DNA of 64,000 nucleotides from Pyrinomonadaceae bacterium (GTDB lineage Bacteria; Acidobacteriota; Blastocatellia; Pyrinomonadales; Pyrinomonadaceae): NCBI GenBank assembly GCA_013811945.1, contig JACCUI010000284.1, positions 10,104 to 74,103 of the forward strand, read 5' to 3'. Shown piece by piece: positions 53,806 to 64,000 of this stretch (position 1 is its first letter; each line of letters starts with the position of its first letter). The notes under the pieces were generated by a model. It saw only the letters and a program-made list of their open reading frames with translations, ran no database searches and was not told where the DNA came from. The position numbers and the translations under genes were made by a program.

Positions 53806-55629
53806 ATGCGTTGCCGTGGAATCGAGAATTGGAAATGGGGAATATGGGCCGCCCTGGCGATAACCCTGCTCTCAGTTTATCCCCAGCTGGTGATGTGGGG
53901 CGTCCGTGGTCAACAATGGAACGGTTCGTTCGCCGAGAATGATTCCGACGAGTGGTTTTATGCCGCTTACATCCAGGCTTTGATTGACGGCCGGCCGCGC
54001 CGCAATAATCCTTATACCGGGAGCGATGACTACCCAGACCGGCCCCAGCCAGAATCCCAGTTATCTATTCAGTTCGTCCCCGCCTATCTAATAGCATTTC
54101 CGGCGCGTTTCTTTGGACTATCCTCATCAACAGCATTCATCGTCTTAGGTCTCCTGGCGCCTTTCTTTTCCTGCCTCGCTATTTTTTGGCTGATCGAGAA
54201 TTTGATTAAAGATCCCCGGCTCGCGGCCGCAGGAGCCTTAATCGTCGTTTGTTTCGGAGCACTTGCGGCGGGCCAGGGGGTAGTAACTCTGCTGACCTCC
54301 GATTACGGCTACAGCTCTCTTCTTTTTTTGCGGCGATATGAACCTTTGGCGCCGTTTCCGCTGTTCTTTCTGTTTTGCGCCTTCGTCTGGAAAGCCATGA
54401 CGGCGAAACGGCTTACCGCTATTACCTGGGCGGTGGCAGGGGGTTTTACTTTCGGTATACTCGTCTTCTCCTATTTTTACCTTTGGACGAGCGCGGCGGC
54501 ATGGTTGGTATGTGTCGCGCTCTTGTGGTTTATCGCCCGTCCCGGAAATCTGCGACAGGCGGCTGGGTCTTTCTTTACGATCCTCGTGCTCGCAGTTGCA
54601 GCACTTGTCCCTTATGTTGTGCTGCTGTCGAAACGATCGCCTACCATGGACAGCGGGCTAAAGTTGGCTCTTTCGCACGCTCCGGATTTGTTTCGCATAC
54701 CAGAGTTGCTCGGCATCGGAGTGATCACACTGATGGTCTTAGGAGCCTTAAGAGGAAGAATCAATTGGCGCGCCCCGGACAGCTTGTTTGCCGCTTCGTT
54801 TTCTCTTATGCCGCTCGTTGTCTTTAACCAACAGGTGATCACTGGAAGGTCTTTGCAGCCTTTCCATTATGAGGTGTTCATTGCCAACTACGCGGCGCTT
54901 GTCGGAGTCGTGCTGGCCGTTGTAATCGCCTGGCGTGGGCCAGCTGATGAGAAGCGACCCGTTCCTTATCCAGTAGTGGCCCGACTCGCCTTTGTCGCAA
55001 TCTTGTGGGCGGTCATCGAGATAGTGGCACCCACGAAGTTAATAATAAGATTTAGCGAGTACACAGATCGTGCCGCGGCCGTCTGCCAGAGGCTGCAACA
55101 ACGAGCGAGTTCTGACGAAACGTTGATCAATGGAAACAGCGGTCCAGATCCTCGGCCGTTGGTGTTAGCGAGCGACTACAAAGTCGCCTTAATCTTACCG
55201 GTGTTTGCTCCGCAGGCCTTACTTTGGGAGTCACACTTCGAGTTTTTGAACCTGCAGCCGAACGAAACGACCGAGCGCTTCTACAAGCATCTATATTACA
55301 TCGGCATTGACGGTAACAAGCTCACTAGGGAGCTGGGCCAGCCCATGAGCAACCTTGCCGCAGCCGCGTTCGGCCACGAGCGCGTGATACCAGGTCAGTC
55401 TGTCCTGGCTAAACCGATTACAAGTGAGGAAATCGCGAAGAAGGTAACCGACTATGAGGCATATACGTCTTCATTCAGTCGCGACAAAGCTGTTGAGCAC
55501 CTCCTCTCTTACGTGATTGTTCCAGCAGACGGCACTATTGACTTATCCAACCTGGATCGCTGGTATCAGCGGGAAAAAGGTGAGCACGTTGGCGATCACT
55601 TACTTTATCGAGTGCACTTACGACAGTAG
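53806..55629 (+). CDS. Polytopic membrane protein, paralog 1 (possible GT-C-fold glycosyltransferase)
   Basis: 607 aa with about 10 or more hydrophobic segments and a C-terminal soluble domain. First-loop motif DSDEWFYAAYIQALIDGRPRRNNPYTG. Confidence 0.6.
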   Translation: MRCRGIENWKWGIWAALAITLLSVYPQLVMWGVRGQQWNGSFAENDSDEWFYAAYIQALIDGRPRRNNPYTGSDDYPDRPQPESQLSIQFVPAYLIAFPARFFGLSSSTAFIVLGLLAPFFSCLAIFWLIENLIKDPRLAAAGALIVVCFGALAAGQGVVTLLTSDYGYSSLLFLRRYEPLAPFPLFFLFCAFVWKAMTAKRLTAITWAVAGGFTFGILVFSYFYLWTSAAAWLVCVALLWFIARPGNLRQAAGSFFTILVLAVAALVPYVVLLSKRSPTMDSGLKLALSHAPDLFRIPELLGIGVITLMVLGALRGRINWRAPDSLFAASFSLMPLVVFNQQVITGRSLQPFHYEVFIANYAALVGVVLAVVIAWRGPADEKRPVPYPVVARLAFVAILWAVIEIVAPTKLIIRFSEYTDRAAAVCQRLQQRASSDETLINGNSGPDPRPLVLASDYKVALILPVFAPQALLWESHFEFLNLQPNETTERFYKHLYYIGIDGNKLTRELGQPMSNLAAAAFGHERVIPGQSVLAKPITSEEIAKKVTDYEAYTSSFSRDKAVEHLLSYVIVPADGTIDLSNLDRWYQREKGEHVGDHLLYRVHLRQ

Positions 55630-55695
55630 GAGGTCGAGCCGTCTTCGCATTTAATCTTCGGAAATCCCTACAAGGATTCTTGAAACCGCAGCACT

Positions 55696-57555
55696 TTGGT
55701 CATTCCCTTTGGATTCGTGAGCAACGGTTCTATGCAGTTACCGAAAACTAGAGAGTGGAAATTGGCGGTGTGGGGTGCGGTTGTAGTCACGCTGCTATCA
55801 CTGTATCCGCAGCTTCTGATGTGGGGTGTTCGAGGGCGAGAATGGAACGGTGCTTACGCCGCTGTCCATGGGGACGAGTGGGTCTATTCCGCCTATGTGC
55901 AGGCTTTGATCGATGGCCGGCCACGTCGTAATGATCCCTATACTGGACGCGATGACCGTCCAGACCAGCCGCAGCCGGAATCGCTTTTTTCTATTCAGTT
56001 TGTGCCGGCCTATTTGATTGCCGGGCCGGCCCGACTGCTCGGGATATCCTCGTCGACGGCCTTTATTGCTTTGGGATTCCTGGTTCCGTTCTTCGGCTGT
56101 CTTGCCATCTTCTGGCTGATCGCGAATCTGACTGGGGATCATCGACTTGCCGCTGCCGGATCCGTAGTTGTCCTTTGCTTTGGCGCGCTCGCCGCCGGGA
56201 CAGGGTTAATACACGTCTTGAGCTCTAGCTTTCAGTACACCTTTCTTCCTTTCTTGAGAAGGTTTGATCCTGCATTGCCTTTTCCGCTGTTCTTTGTGTT
56301 CTGCACGTTCGTTTGGAAATCCTTAAGCACCGACCGCCGCGCGGCTATTGCCTGGGCGGTTGCTGCAGGGCTGACGCTCGACATACTCATTTTCTCTTAT
56401 TTCTATCTCTGGACCAGCGCGCTGGCCTGGTTGATATGCGTGGCATTCCTTTGGTTCGTGGCCCATCCAGGACAGTTGCGGCGATATGCCGGCTCCTTCG
56501 GGACGATTGTTTTGCTGGCGTTAGCTGCGCTCATACCCTATGTCATTCTGCTGGCTCGCCGGTCGCCGACAATGGATAGCGGCCAAAAGTTGACAGTTTC
56601 CCACGCTCTGGATTTTTTCCGCATTCCTGAGTTGCTCGGTTTTGCCGTGGTCGCCGTGATGATCTGGGGCGTTCTGAGCGGAAGGGTTAACTGGAGGGCA
56701 CCCGAGAGCTTGTTTGCCGCCTCTTTTGCGTTAATGCCCTTTGTGGTCTTCAACCAGCAAGTCATTACGGGCTATTCGCTTCAGCCCTTTCACTACGAGT
56801 CGTTCATCGCGAACTATGTGACCCTGGTAGGTGCGGTCGTTGTAGTTGTCATCCTTTGGCGCGGACCTGAAGGTGGGAAACGACCAATTCGCTACCGCCT
56901 TGCTGCTCGTCTGGTCGTCATTGCTATCTGCTGGGCGGCCATTGAAGTGCTGGCCCCGACAAAGGTCATGATCAGAGATAGCCAGTTCACAGATCGTGCG
57001 GCAGCAGTCTGCCGGCGACTACGACAACTATCGGACGCTGATGGAATGATCGCGAAGACTAGTGCCGGGCCAAATCCCCGCCCCCTGGTATTAGCTAGAG
57101 ATAACCAACTCTCGTTGATGTTACCGACCTTTGCCCCGCTGGCCGTACTCTGGGCGCCGAACTTCGACTTCTTAAATCTTGCGCCGGGGGAGAGCCGAGA
57201 GCGTTTCTACGAATATCTCTATTACACAGGCACTGACAGTAACCATCTCATGAAGGAACTGGGCCAGCCAATGAGTGTTTTGGCCGCCGCTGCCTTCGGA
57301 CACGAGCGCGTAATACCTGACTTGTCTGTCCGGCCCAAGCCCATTACGAGTGAGGAAATATCACGGGAGGTCGACAGCTATCAGGCATACGTTGCTTCGT
57401 TCACCCGCGAACGGGCAAGTCAGCATATCCTCGCATTTGTGATCGTTTCGGTTGATGGAGGACTGGACCTGTCGAACGTGGATCGCTGGTACCAGCGGGA
57501 CCGGGGTGAGCAAGTTGGCAACTACACACTCTATCGAGTTCAATTGCGACCTTAG
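55696..57555 (+). CDS. Polytopic membrane protein, paralog 2 (tandem duplicate of 53806-55629)
   Basis: 619 aa, collinear with paralog 1 over its full length (for example HGDEWVYSAYVQALIDGRPRRNDPYTG; FSYFYLWTSA; PFVVFNQQVITG; RSPTMDSG). Confidence 0.6.
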   Translation: MVIPFGFVSNGSMQLPKTREWKLAVWGAVVVTLLSLYPQLLMWGVRGREWNGAYAAVHGDEWVYSAYVQALIDGRPRRNDPYTGRDDRPDQPQPESLFSIQFVPAYLIAGPARLLGISSSTAFIALGFLVPFFGCLAIFWLIANLTGDHRLAAAGSVVVLCFGALAAGTGLIHVLSSSFQYTFLPFLRRFDPALPFPLFFVFCTFVWKSLSTDRRAAIAWAVAAGLTLDILIFSYFYLWTSALAWLICVAFLWFVAHPGQLRRYAGSFGTIVLLALAALIPYVILLARRSPTMDSGQKLTVSHALDFFRIPELLGFAVVAVMIWGVLSGRVNWRAPESLFAASFALMPFVVFNQQVITGYSLQPFHYESFIANYVTLVGAVVVVVILWRGPEGGKRPIRYRLAARLVVIAICWAAIEVLAPTKVMIRDSQFTDRAAAVCRRLRQLSDADGMIAKTSAGPNPRPLVLARDNQLSLMLPTFAPLAVLWAPNFDFLNLAPGESRERFYEYLYYTGTDSNHLMKELGQPMSVLAAAAFGHERVIPDLSVRPKPITSEEISREVDSYQAYVASFTRERASQHILAFVIVSVDGGLDLSNVDRWYQRDRGEQVGNYTLYRVQLRP

Positions 57556-57585
57556 TAAACATCGCATGCGTACCCGAACGTCGCC

Positions 57586-57915
57586 TTACAAGTACTCAAC
57601 ATGGTTCACCATCTCCGCAGGCTTGAGCACTGCGAACAGCAACATAAGCGCGCTTATCAGCTCACCGATTGATCGCCTTGGAGTGACATAGCCAATTCCG
57701 GCGTGTGATACGCCTTCGACAGCAAGAGCGAGGAAGTCGGAATCCATGGTCACCATTACTCGGTTCTCAGTTAGCGCAAAAGCCAACTGCTTGCGATCGG
57801 ACAAGCCGGTCTTGCCGGCTTCCTGCACGGTTAGTACATCCACTCCGCGACGGCGCAAGCCCTCAGCAACTGCACTGTGGATATGTTCGTCTAGGTAGAC
57901 CTTAATCTGCTCCAT
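57586..57915 (-). CDS. DUF5615-family (PIN-like) putative toxin
   Basis: KVYLDEHIHSAVAEGLRRRGVDVLTVQEAG...VMVTMDSDF. Confidence 0.6.
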   Translation of the reverse strand: MEQIKVYLDEHIHSAVAEGLRRRGVDVLTVQEAGKTGLSDRKQLAFALTENRVMVTMDSDFLALAVEGVSHAGIGYVTPRRSIGELISALMLLFAVLKPAEMVNHVEYL

Positions 57916-58222
57916 GGAGCAGTTTCTCTTTTAGTTTGGAAGGAAACCGCGCGCGCAACTCGTTGGCGAGTTCGCCATTGTGGCGTATATCGCCGCGAAT
58001 TTCTTCGACGTTATCGAAGTAGTACGCCAGGGCAGCGTGAACATCGCTCAGGCTTAGTTCGGAGTAGGCCGCGACTATTTCATCGGGGCTCATACCCAAA
58101 TCCTCGTGCCAGATGACAATGTCCATCACGCGGATTCGATAACCCGCAATGCAAGCCTTACCGCCGAGAATTTCGTCGTTCTTGCTGATGCGCTCCGTAG
58201 TGACGTTTGCCATTCGAATCAC
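57902..58222 (-). CDS. DUF433-family putative antitoxin
   Basis: ILGGKACIAGYRIRVMDIVIWHEDLGMSPDEIVAAYSELSLSDVHAALAYY. 14-nt overlap with the downstream gene. Confidence 0.65.
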   Translation of the reverse strand: MIRMANVTTERISKNDEILGGKACIAGYRIRVMDIVIWHEDLGMSPDEIVAAYSELSLSDVHAALAYYFDNVEEIRGDIRHNGELANELRARFPSKLKEKLLHGAD

Positions 58223-58730
58223 CTGCTAGGTTATTGTCACACGATTCTAACATGAAGCTGCGCTTTGATAGGATATCGACCAAGTCTAGTCACCTGGCGT
58301 TGGGACGAATGTCTGTCAGCCGACTGAATTGAGTGACTTGATAGATCCCCAGGAAAGCGAGCACTAAAGTATAGAGCTGAATACCCGACAAGCGAGCAAT
58401 GGGTTGAGTGATCCAGGGTACGAGGTATACTAATGGAACTTTCGATCTCATCAACGCCACATTATTCTTCCAAATCGGGATCTCGATAAAGTGAGAGCAA
58501 GATATGATCTGACTTCATTGGCTACGTCAGGAGCGCTCGTCTATTGTCGGATCGACTAGCCCGCTAACTGCAGTTGAGGCTTCAGTTTCGTAGGAATCAA
58601 AAACAGGGAATACTGTGGCTCAGAGCGCGCAGATAGTGACAAGAACCAGGTAAGGTGCAGTACTAAAATCGCACTCGATGAAGTTTTGTAATGCCACTCC
58701 ACTATGGAACTGCGAGTGGGTATTACCGCT

Positions 58731-60284
58731 TCAGCGTGTTGGTGTACGAAGCTGAAGTCCTGGCTCGGTGTCTTCCTGGAGAAAATCACCAATGTCTATA
58801 GCTAAGCGTTTGAGCTTCTTATAAAGAGTCTGCCGTGAGCCCAGCCCAAGGGCCTCGCTGGCTCGTGCCACATTGCAATCGTTGCGCTTCAAGGCTTCCG
58901 TGATGACACGGCGCTCATAATCGTCGAGTAAGGCTTCCAGATTCTCGGGTGAGCGCCCGTCTGAAGTAACATCATGAAATCTCTGCGGCAGGATGTGCCC
59001 GCTAATGTGTTCCGGAGTTATATATCCGTTCTCGTCCGCGTATAGAACCAGACGTTCAATTTCCGCCGCCAGTTCCCGAACATTGCCAGGCCAGGTGTGT
59101 TCTTCCAGAATCCGAATGGCTTCCCAGGTGATGCCAGCAATTGCACGGTCATTTCTCCGGGCGTAATGCGTGAGAAAGTAGGAGATAAGGGTGGAAACGT
59201 CTTCCGGCCGCTCTCGAAGGGGCGGAACTTTGATGGTTAGCGCGGCAATTCTATAATAGAGGTCTTCGCGAAAAACTTTGTTGCGTACCAGCTCCTCGAT
59301 ATTCTTGTGAGTTGCGGCAATCACGCGAACGTTCACCTTCCGAGGCATACGGTCTCCGAGCGTGTGGATTTCGCCGTCCTGAAGAAAACGCAGTAGCTTG
59401 GGTTGAAGCGTTAGCGGCAAATCACCAATTTCATCCAGAAATAGCGTGCCGTTTTCAGCCGCTCGAATTAGCCCTTCGTGATCCGAAAGGGCTCCTGTGA
59501 AAGTGCCTTTTCGGTGGCCAAACAGCATGCTTTCAATCAGTTCCGCCGGAACGGCGGAACAGTTGAAGGGAACAAATTCCTTCTCGGATCTCTTGCTGAG
59601 TCGGTGAATGGCTCGCGCAATGAGATCTTTGCCGGTTCCCGATTCACCCGTAACCAGCACCGTCGAATCCGAGTCTTTGACCCGCTCAACATCGCGGGCC
59701 ACGTCCGCCATGGCCCGACTTGTAAACACCATTCCCGGAAGCGAGGACTTTGCGACTCGGCTGTCCAGGGCTTCCGGCCCATTTGGGACCTCGTTTCTTG
59801 CCGTGGCTACATGCGCGTGGGCGAGGTGGGCTACATCCAGGAGTGCTCGTAGATTCTTGGCTTGCGGTTCCGTAAGTGGTCGTACGCAACACCCGTAGAG
59901 CGCTGCACCTTCACGGCGGCCGGTCGGCGCCGCCAGCACAAAGCAAAAAGCTGAGGAACCAGCGGCAATCGTCGGAAAAGCACCAGCTATGCTAAGCGTC
60001 TCTGCGACGACATTTTGACCTTTCTCAATTTCATCCTCCTCGAGACCTTCGGCCCACTTTAAACGCGGACGCTGACCAGTTGTTAGTGTCCAGATGGATA
60101 AGCCGTAGGTGGGCGCCGTTGCCTCCACCATCAAACTCAATTTGAGCATGACCTCGTAAAGCAGATCTGGGCCGGAGCTTGCAGCCTGGCAAACTGCGCG
60201 CACGATCGCGCTTATGGGGAGGTTGTTTTGATCTAAGGAGGTTTGTTCCACAATACTCGAACGCAATTCCGGCAAGCTGGACAT
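58731..60284 (-). CDS. Sigma-54-dependent transcriptional activator with a GAF-like N-terminal domain
   Basis: VLVTGESGTGKDLIARAIH...ESMLFGHRKGTFTGA...TLFLDEIGDL...RVIAATH. C-terminal HTH CNVARASEALGLGSRQTLYKKL. Confidence 0.9.
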   Translation of the reverse strand: MSSLPELRSSIVEQTSLDQNNLPISAIVRAVCQAASSGPDLLYEVMLKLSLMVEATAPTYGLSIWTLTTGQRPRLKWAEGLEEDEIEKGQNVVAETLSIAGAFPTIAAGSSAFCFVLAAPTGRREGAALYGCCVRPLTEPQAKNLRALLDVAHLAHAHVATARNEVPNGPEALDSRVAKSSLPGMVFTSRAMADVARDVERVKDSDSTVLVTGESGTGKDLIARAIHRLSKRSEKEFVPFNCSAVPAELIESMLFGHRKGTFTGALSDHEGLIRAAENGTLFLDEIGDLPLTLQPKLLRFLQDGEIHTLGDRMPRKVNVRVIAATHKNIEELVRNKVFREDLYYRIAALTIKVPPLRERPEDVSTLISYFLTHYARRNDRAIAGITWEAIRILEEHTWPGNVRELAAEIERLVLYADENGYITPEHISGHILPQRFHDVTSDGRSPENLEALLDDYERRVITEALKRNDCNVARASEALGLGSRQTLYKKLKRLAIDIGDFLQEDTEPGLQLRTPTR

Positions 60285-60768
60285 ATGCCACCTGCGGTTC
60301 TGATTGAACTCATTGGGGTGTTCGCGACTGGGAGTCTTAAGTAGGCCGCAACACGTGCGGAGAGGTGGGCAAGAATTGTGAGTGATCAGCTTCGATCGAT
60401 GGCGGGCTGATTATTTCAGCCGACTACGAGTCTAGACTTCATGACGGAGCAGTGTCAACAGATTTTGCTTGCGGCCAAGAGACATCCTATCGACTGCATG
60501 ATTACCGTTCGCCAAGCGTACGCCAATTTGTGCGTTAAGCGCCGTTACTTCAAGTAAACGTTGAACTTAGGTGGTTAAGTCGTTGCAAAGAAATATCTTT
60601 ACTACCTTAAGCACCGATGCTATGTTCGGCCACCTTGTTGCTAAACTGTTGACTGGAAACGGATTGGCAGTAACCAAAGCACATTCCCTTGGGCAGCAGG
60701 GTATGAAACACCAAGTATCTTGTGGTCGCATTCACAATCCCAGTTAAGCAGCTTCTTAAAGATTCGCA

Positions 60769-62214
60769 ATGTCAATTCGCTTCGGAACCTCAGGATGGCG
60801 GGCGGTAATCGCGGACGAGTTTACCTTTGCCGGTGTTCGCAAAGTCACGGAAGCGATCTGCACCCATTTTGAGAGTACCGCTCACACTAACAATCCAATC
60901 GTTGTGGGACGCGACACCAGGTTCCTGGGCGAGCGTTTTGCGGCTGAATGTGCGGGCATTGTGTCAGCTAAGGGTTTCCGCGCATTGCTCTGCACCGAGC
61001 CGACACCTACTCCCGTGATTTCCCACGCGATTCTCACTGAGAGTGCCGTTTGTGGGATCAATTTTACCGCCTCGCACAATCCGCCTGAATACAGCGGAAT
61101 GAAGCTTTCCACTTCCGATGGCGCTCCGGCTCTTCCGGACATCACCCGCCACGTGGAAAGTCTGATTTCAGAGCCGCGAGCTTCTCTTTCTCCGACCGGT
61201 ACAAACGAAACCGGCAAAACGGATCGGGGTCCCCAAGCAGGTGGCTCGCTTGGGGTGCCGGCTTATGAGACTCACTCGCCGCGGTTAGCCTATCTAGCGG
61301 ATCTCGAAAGCAAGATCAATTTCAACGTAATTGCCGGTGCCGCCGGGCGATATGCCTTTGACCCTCTATGGGGTACGGGCCGCGGATACCTTGATGAAGC
61401 GCTCCGGAGGCACGGAGTCGAAGTCGAAACGATTCACGACTGGCGTGATGTTCTCTTCGGCGGGCGCTCTCCGGAGCCCGAAGTCAGCCACCTCGAAGAA
61501 CTTCGCTCTATGGTGCTGTCGAAGGGATGCGTACTTGGTCTGGCGACTGACGGAGATGGAGATCGCTTTGGAGTAATCGATTCAAATGGCGCTTTCATCA
61601 CTCCGAACCAACTCATTGCCGTTCTGTTTGATTACCTGGCAGAGTCCAGAAAGTGGGATGGCGGCGTAGCCCGTTCAGTGGCAACGTCGCACCTGGTGGA
61701 CCGCGTGGCTGTAAAGCGCGGCCTGCCGGTGTTTGAGACCCCCGTGGGTTTCAAATACATCGGAGAATTGATCAATGAAGACAAGATTATCCTTGGCGGC
61801 GAAGAATCGGCGGGATTGTCAATCAAAGGTCACTATCCGGAGAAAGATGGCATCCTTGCGTGTCTGCTCGCTGCGGAGGCAGTCGCGGCGCGCGGCGCAA
61901 GTTTAACGGAACAGTTGAATGCACTTTACTCCCAGGTAGGCAGACTCGAGTCGGGAAGAATCGGTGTGCGTTCGACACCGGAACTGATGGGGTCTCTCAG
62001 CGAGAAACTACGACAGGAAGCCAGCAATATTGGCGGCCGAAAGGTTGAGGAGACAAATCGTACGGATGGCGTGAAGTTTATTTTTGCGGATGGTGCCTGG
62101 TTACTGATGCGCCCGTCGGGCACAGAACCGCTCATCCGTATTTACGCGGAATCAGAATCGGCAAAGGACTTGGAGGTGCTTCTTGAGCAGGGTCGCAAAT
62201 ACTTATTGGGTTGA
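60769..62214 (+). CDS. Phosphoglucomutase/phosphomannomutase-family phosphohexomutase
   Basis: Active-site loop INFTASHNPPEYSGMK. Metal loop ATDGDGDRFG. Sugar loop GGEESAG. Confidence 0.9.
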   Translation: MSIRFGTSGWRAVIADEFTFAGVRKVTEAICTHFESTAHTNNPIVVGRDTRFLGERFAAECAGIVSAKGFRALLCTEPTPTPVISHAILTESAVCGINFTASHNPPEYSGMKLSTSDGAPALPDITRHVESLISEPRASLSPTGTNETGKTDRGPQAGGSLGVPAYETHSPRLAYLADLESKINFNVIAGAAGRYAFDPLWGTGRGYLDEALRRHGVEVETIHDWRDVLFGGRSPEPEVSHLEELRSMVLSKGCVLGLATDGDGDRFGVIDSNGAFITPNQLIAVLFDYLAESRKWDGGVARSVATSHLVDRVAVKRGLPVFETPVGFKYIGELINEDKIILGGEESAGLSIKGHYPEKDGILACLLAAEAVAARGASLTEQLNALYSQVGRLESGRIGVRSTPELMGSLSEKLRQEASNIGGRKVEETNRTDGVKFIFADGAWLLMRPSGTEPLIRIYAESESAKDLEVLLEQGRKYLLG

Positions 62215-62599
62215 TGAACGAATTCGCTCGCAGCGGGTAGTACCAAGGGCAGCCTCTCCTTTCGCTCCAGTGCGTGAGATTTCGTTGGACATTATTGGAA
62301 CTCGTGCCGAGGTTCGTCGGCGTGGGGGAATCATACCGTCCTGGGTGATCTTTGGAATGGTCATCCTGGGAACATTTGCTGTTTGCGTATCGGTGACAAT
62401 GCGCACGCGAGCCAGGATGAACATGGCTTCCCAGCAGTTCGTCAGGATGCATACGGATGTACAGGCTTTACGCAGCCATAATCAGTCGTTGCGACTCGAG
62501 GTTGAGCAGTTACGCAACGACCCCCGCACTATTGAGTCAGCCGCACGGAGCCGGCTCAACATGGTCCGGGCTAATGAGATTGTAGTACCCATCGAATGA
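62183..62599 (+). CDS. ftsB: Cell division protein FtsB/DivIC family (start uncertain)
   Basis: A TM segment followed by the coiled coil QALRSHNQSLRLEVEQLRNDPRTIESAARSRLNMVRANEIVV. The ORF-track start is a TTG overlapping the pgm-like gene; an in-frame GTG at 62270 is plausible. Confidence 0.7.
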   Translation: MSRVANTYWVDERIRSQRVVPRAASPFAPVREISLDIIGTRAEVRRRGGIIPSWVIFGMVILGTFAVCVSVTMRTRARMNMASQQFVRMHTDVQALRSHNQSLRLEVEQLRNDPRTIESAARSRLNMVRANEIVVPIE

Positions 62600-62848
62600 G
62601 CAAAAGGAGAAGCTCGTTCGCATCGGGGGGTGCTGGATTCAGTTTCGCCTGCCGATTGCCGCCGCCGGTCTCCCGCTTGAAACCACACGTACTCCGGGTC
62701 CTGCCCTGCTCGCGCGGCTGTGACTGCCATCGCAGCCGCGCTCCTTCTTCAAACTAGTCAGAACCTGCAACAAAGCACGGTTGACACTCCCCTACCCCTC
62801 TACTAATATCGATTTCTTCCCAGTGAACGCTTAATAGTCGAGAGGGTT

Positions 62849-64000
<1,152 letters not shown>

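Noticed and set aside
58223-58730. AT-richer 500-bp gap containing track ORF 58556..58792; checked for tRNA or small RNA features
   Set aside because: No cloverleaf-compatible sequence, no T-loop motif and no strong hairpin or terminator. The ORF overlaps the 3' end of the bEBP gene.
60665-60681. TGGCAGTAACCAAAGCA upstream of the phosphohexomutase gene as a sigma-54 promoter, given the divergent bEBP gene
   Set aside because: GG-to-GC spacing is 11 nt rather than 10.

Overview
GC-rich bacterial chromosome segment, most likely Acidobacteriota. That assignment is an inference from a VWFA-related Acidobacterial-type protein, a long Tad locus and a GATCCACGAAATCACAC palindromic intergenic repeat. 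Nearly all genes are on the minus strand. (1) Bases 1-24764 hold one tightly coupled operon for an extracellular contractile injection system (eCIS, Afp/PVC-like). In transcription order it encodes sheath, gp19-like tube, two unknowns, DUF4255 cap-like protein, AAA+ ATPase, a 78-aa protein, three tandem DUF4157 HExxH proteins, tube-initiator-like, LysM/gpX-like, gpD-like hub, gpV/VgrG-like spike, PAAR-like, gp25, J-like, a large wedge protein and a gpI-like protein that runs off the left edge. The three DUF4157 proteins are the most interesting part. They share a 39-aa N-terminal leader that is conserved even at nucleotide level, carry different C-terminal modules (extra HExxH domains, OMP-like beta-barrel tails), and sit mid-operon just after the ATPase. 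(2) Bases 24890-26878 encode a small wHTH-like protein and a sigma-54 enhancer-binding protein with a degenerate receiver domain. The intergenic region between them is packed with inverted repeats and holds a candidate -24/-12 promoter. (3) Bases 27427-30038 hold tRNA-Pro(CGG) and a diverged ~315-bp direct repeat that contains a tRNA-Pro 3' fragment; the two repeats bracket a 2.2-kb islet carrying a RES/Xre-type toxin-antitoxin pair. (4) Housekeeping genes follow: dedA-like, pcm, surE, rpsU and a 682-aa radical SAM enzyme. (5) Bases 35956-51837 hold a complete Tad/Flp pilus locus with accessory VWA, SLT, AAA+ and TPR genes and two flp pilin genes, one of which is missing from the ORF track. 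(6) The right end holds an ICMT-like methyltransferase, two tandem paralogous ~610-aa polytopic membrane proteins, a DUF433/DUF5615 pair, a second sigma-54 activator, a phosphohexomutase, ftsB and the 5' part of a methylmalonyl-CoA mutase-family gene. No rRNA, CRISPR array, transposase or intact integrase was seen.
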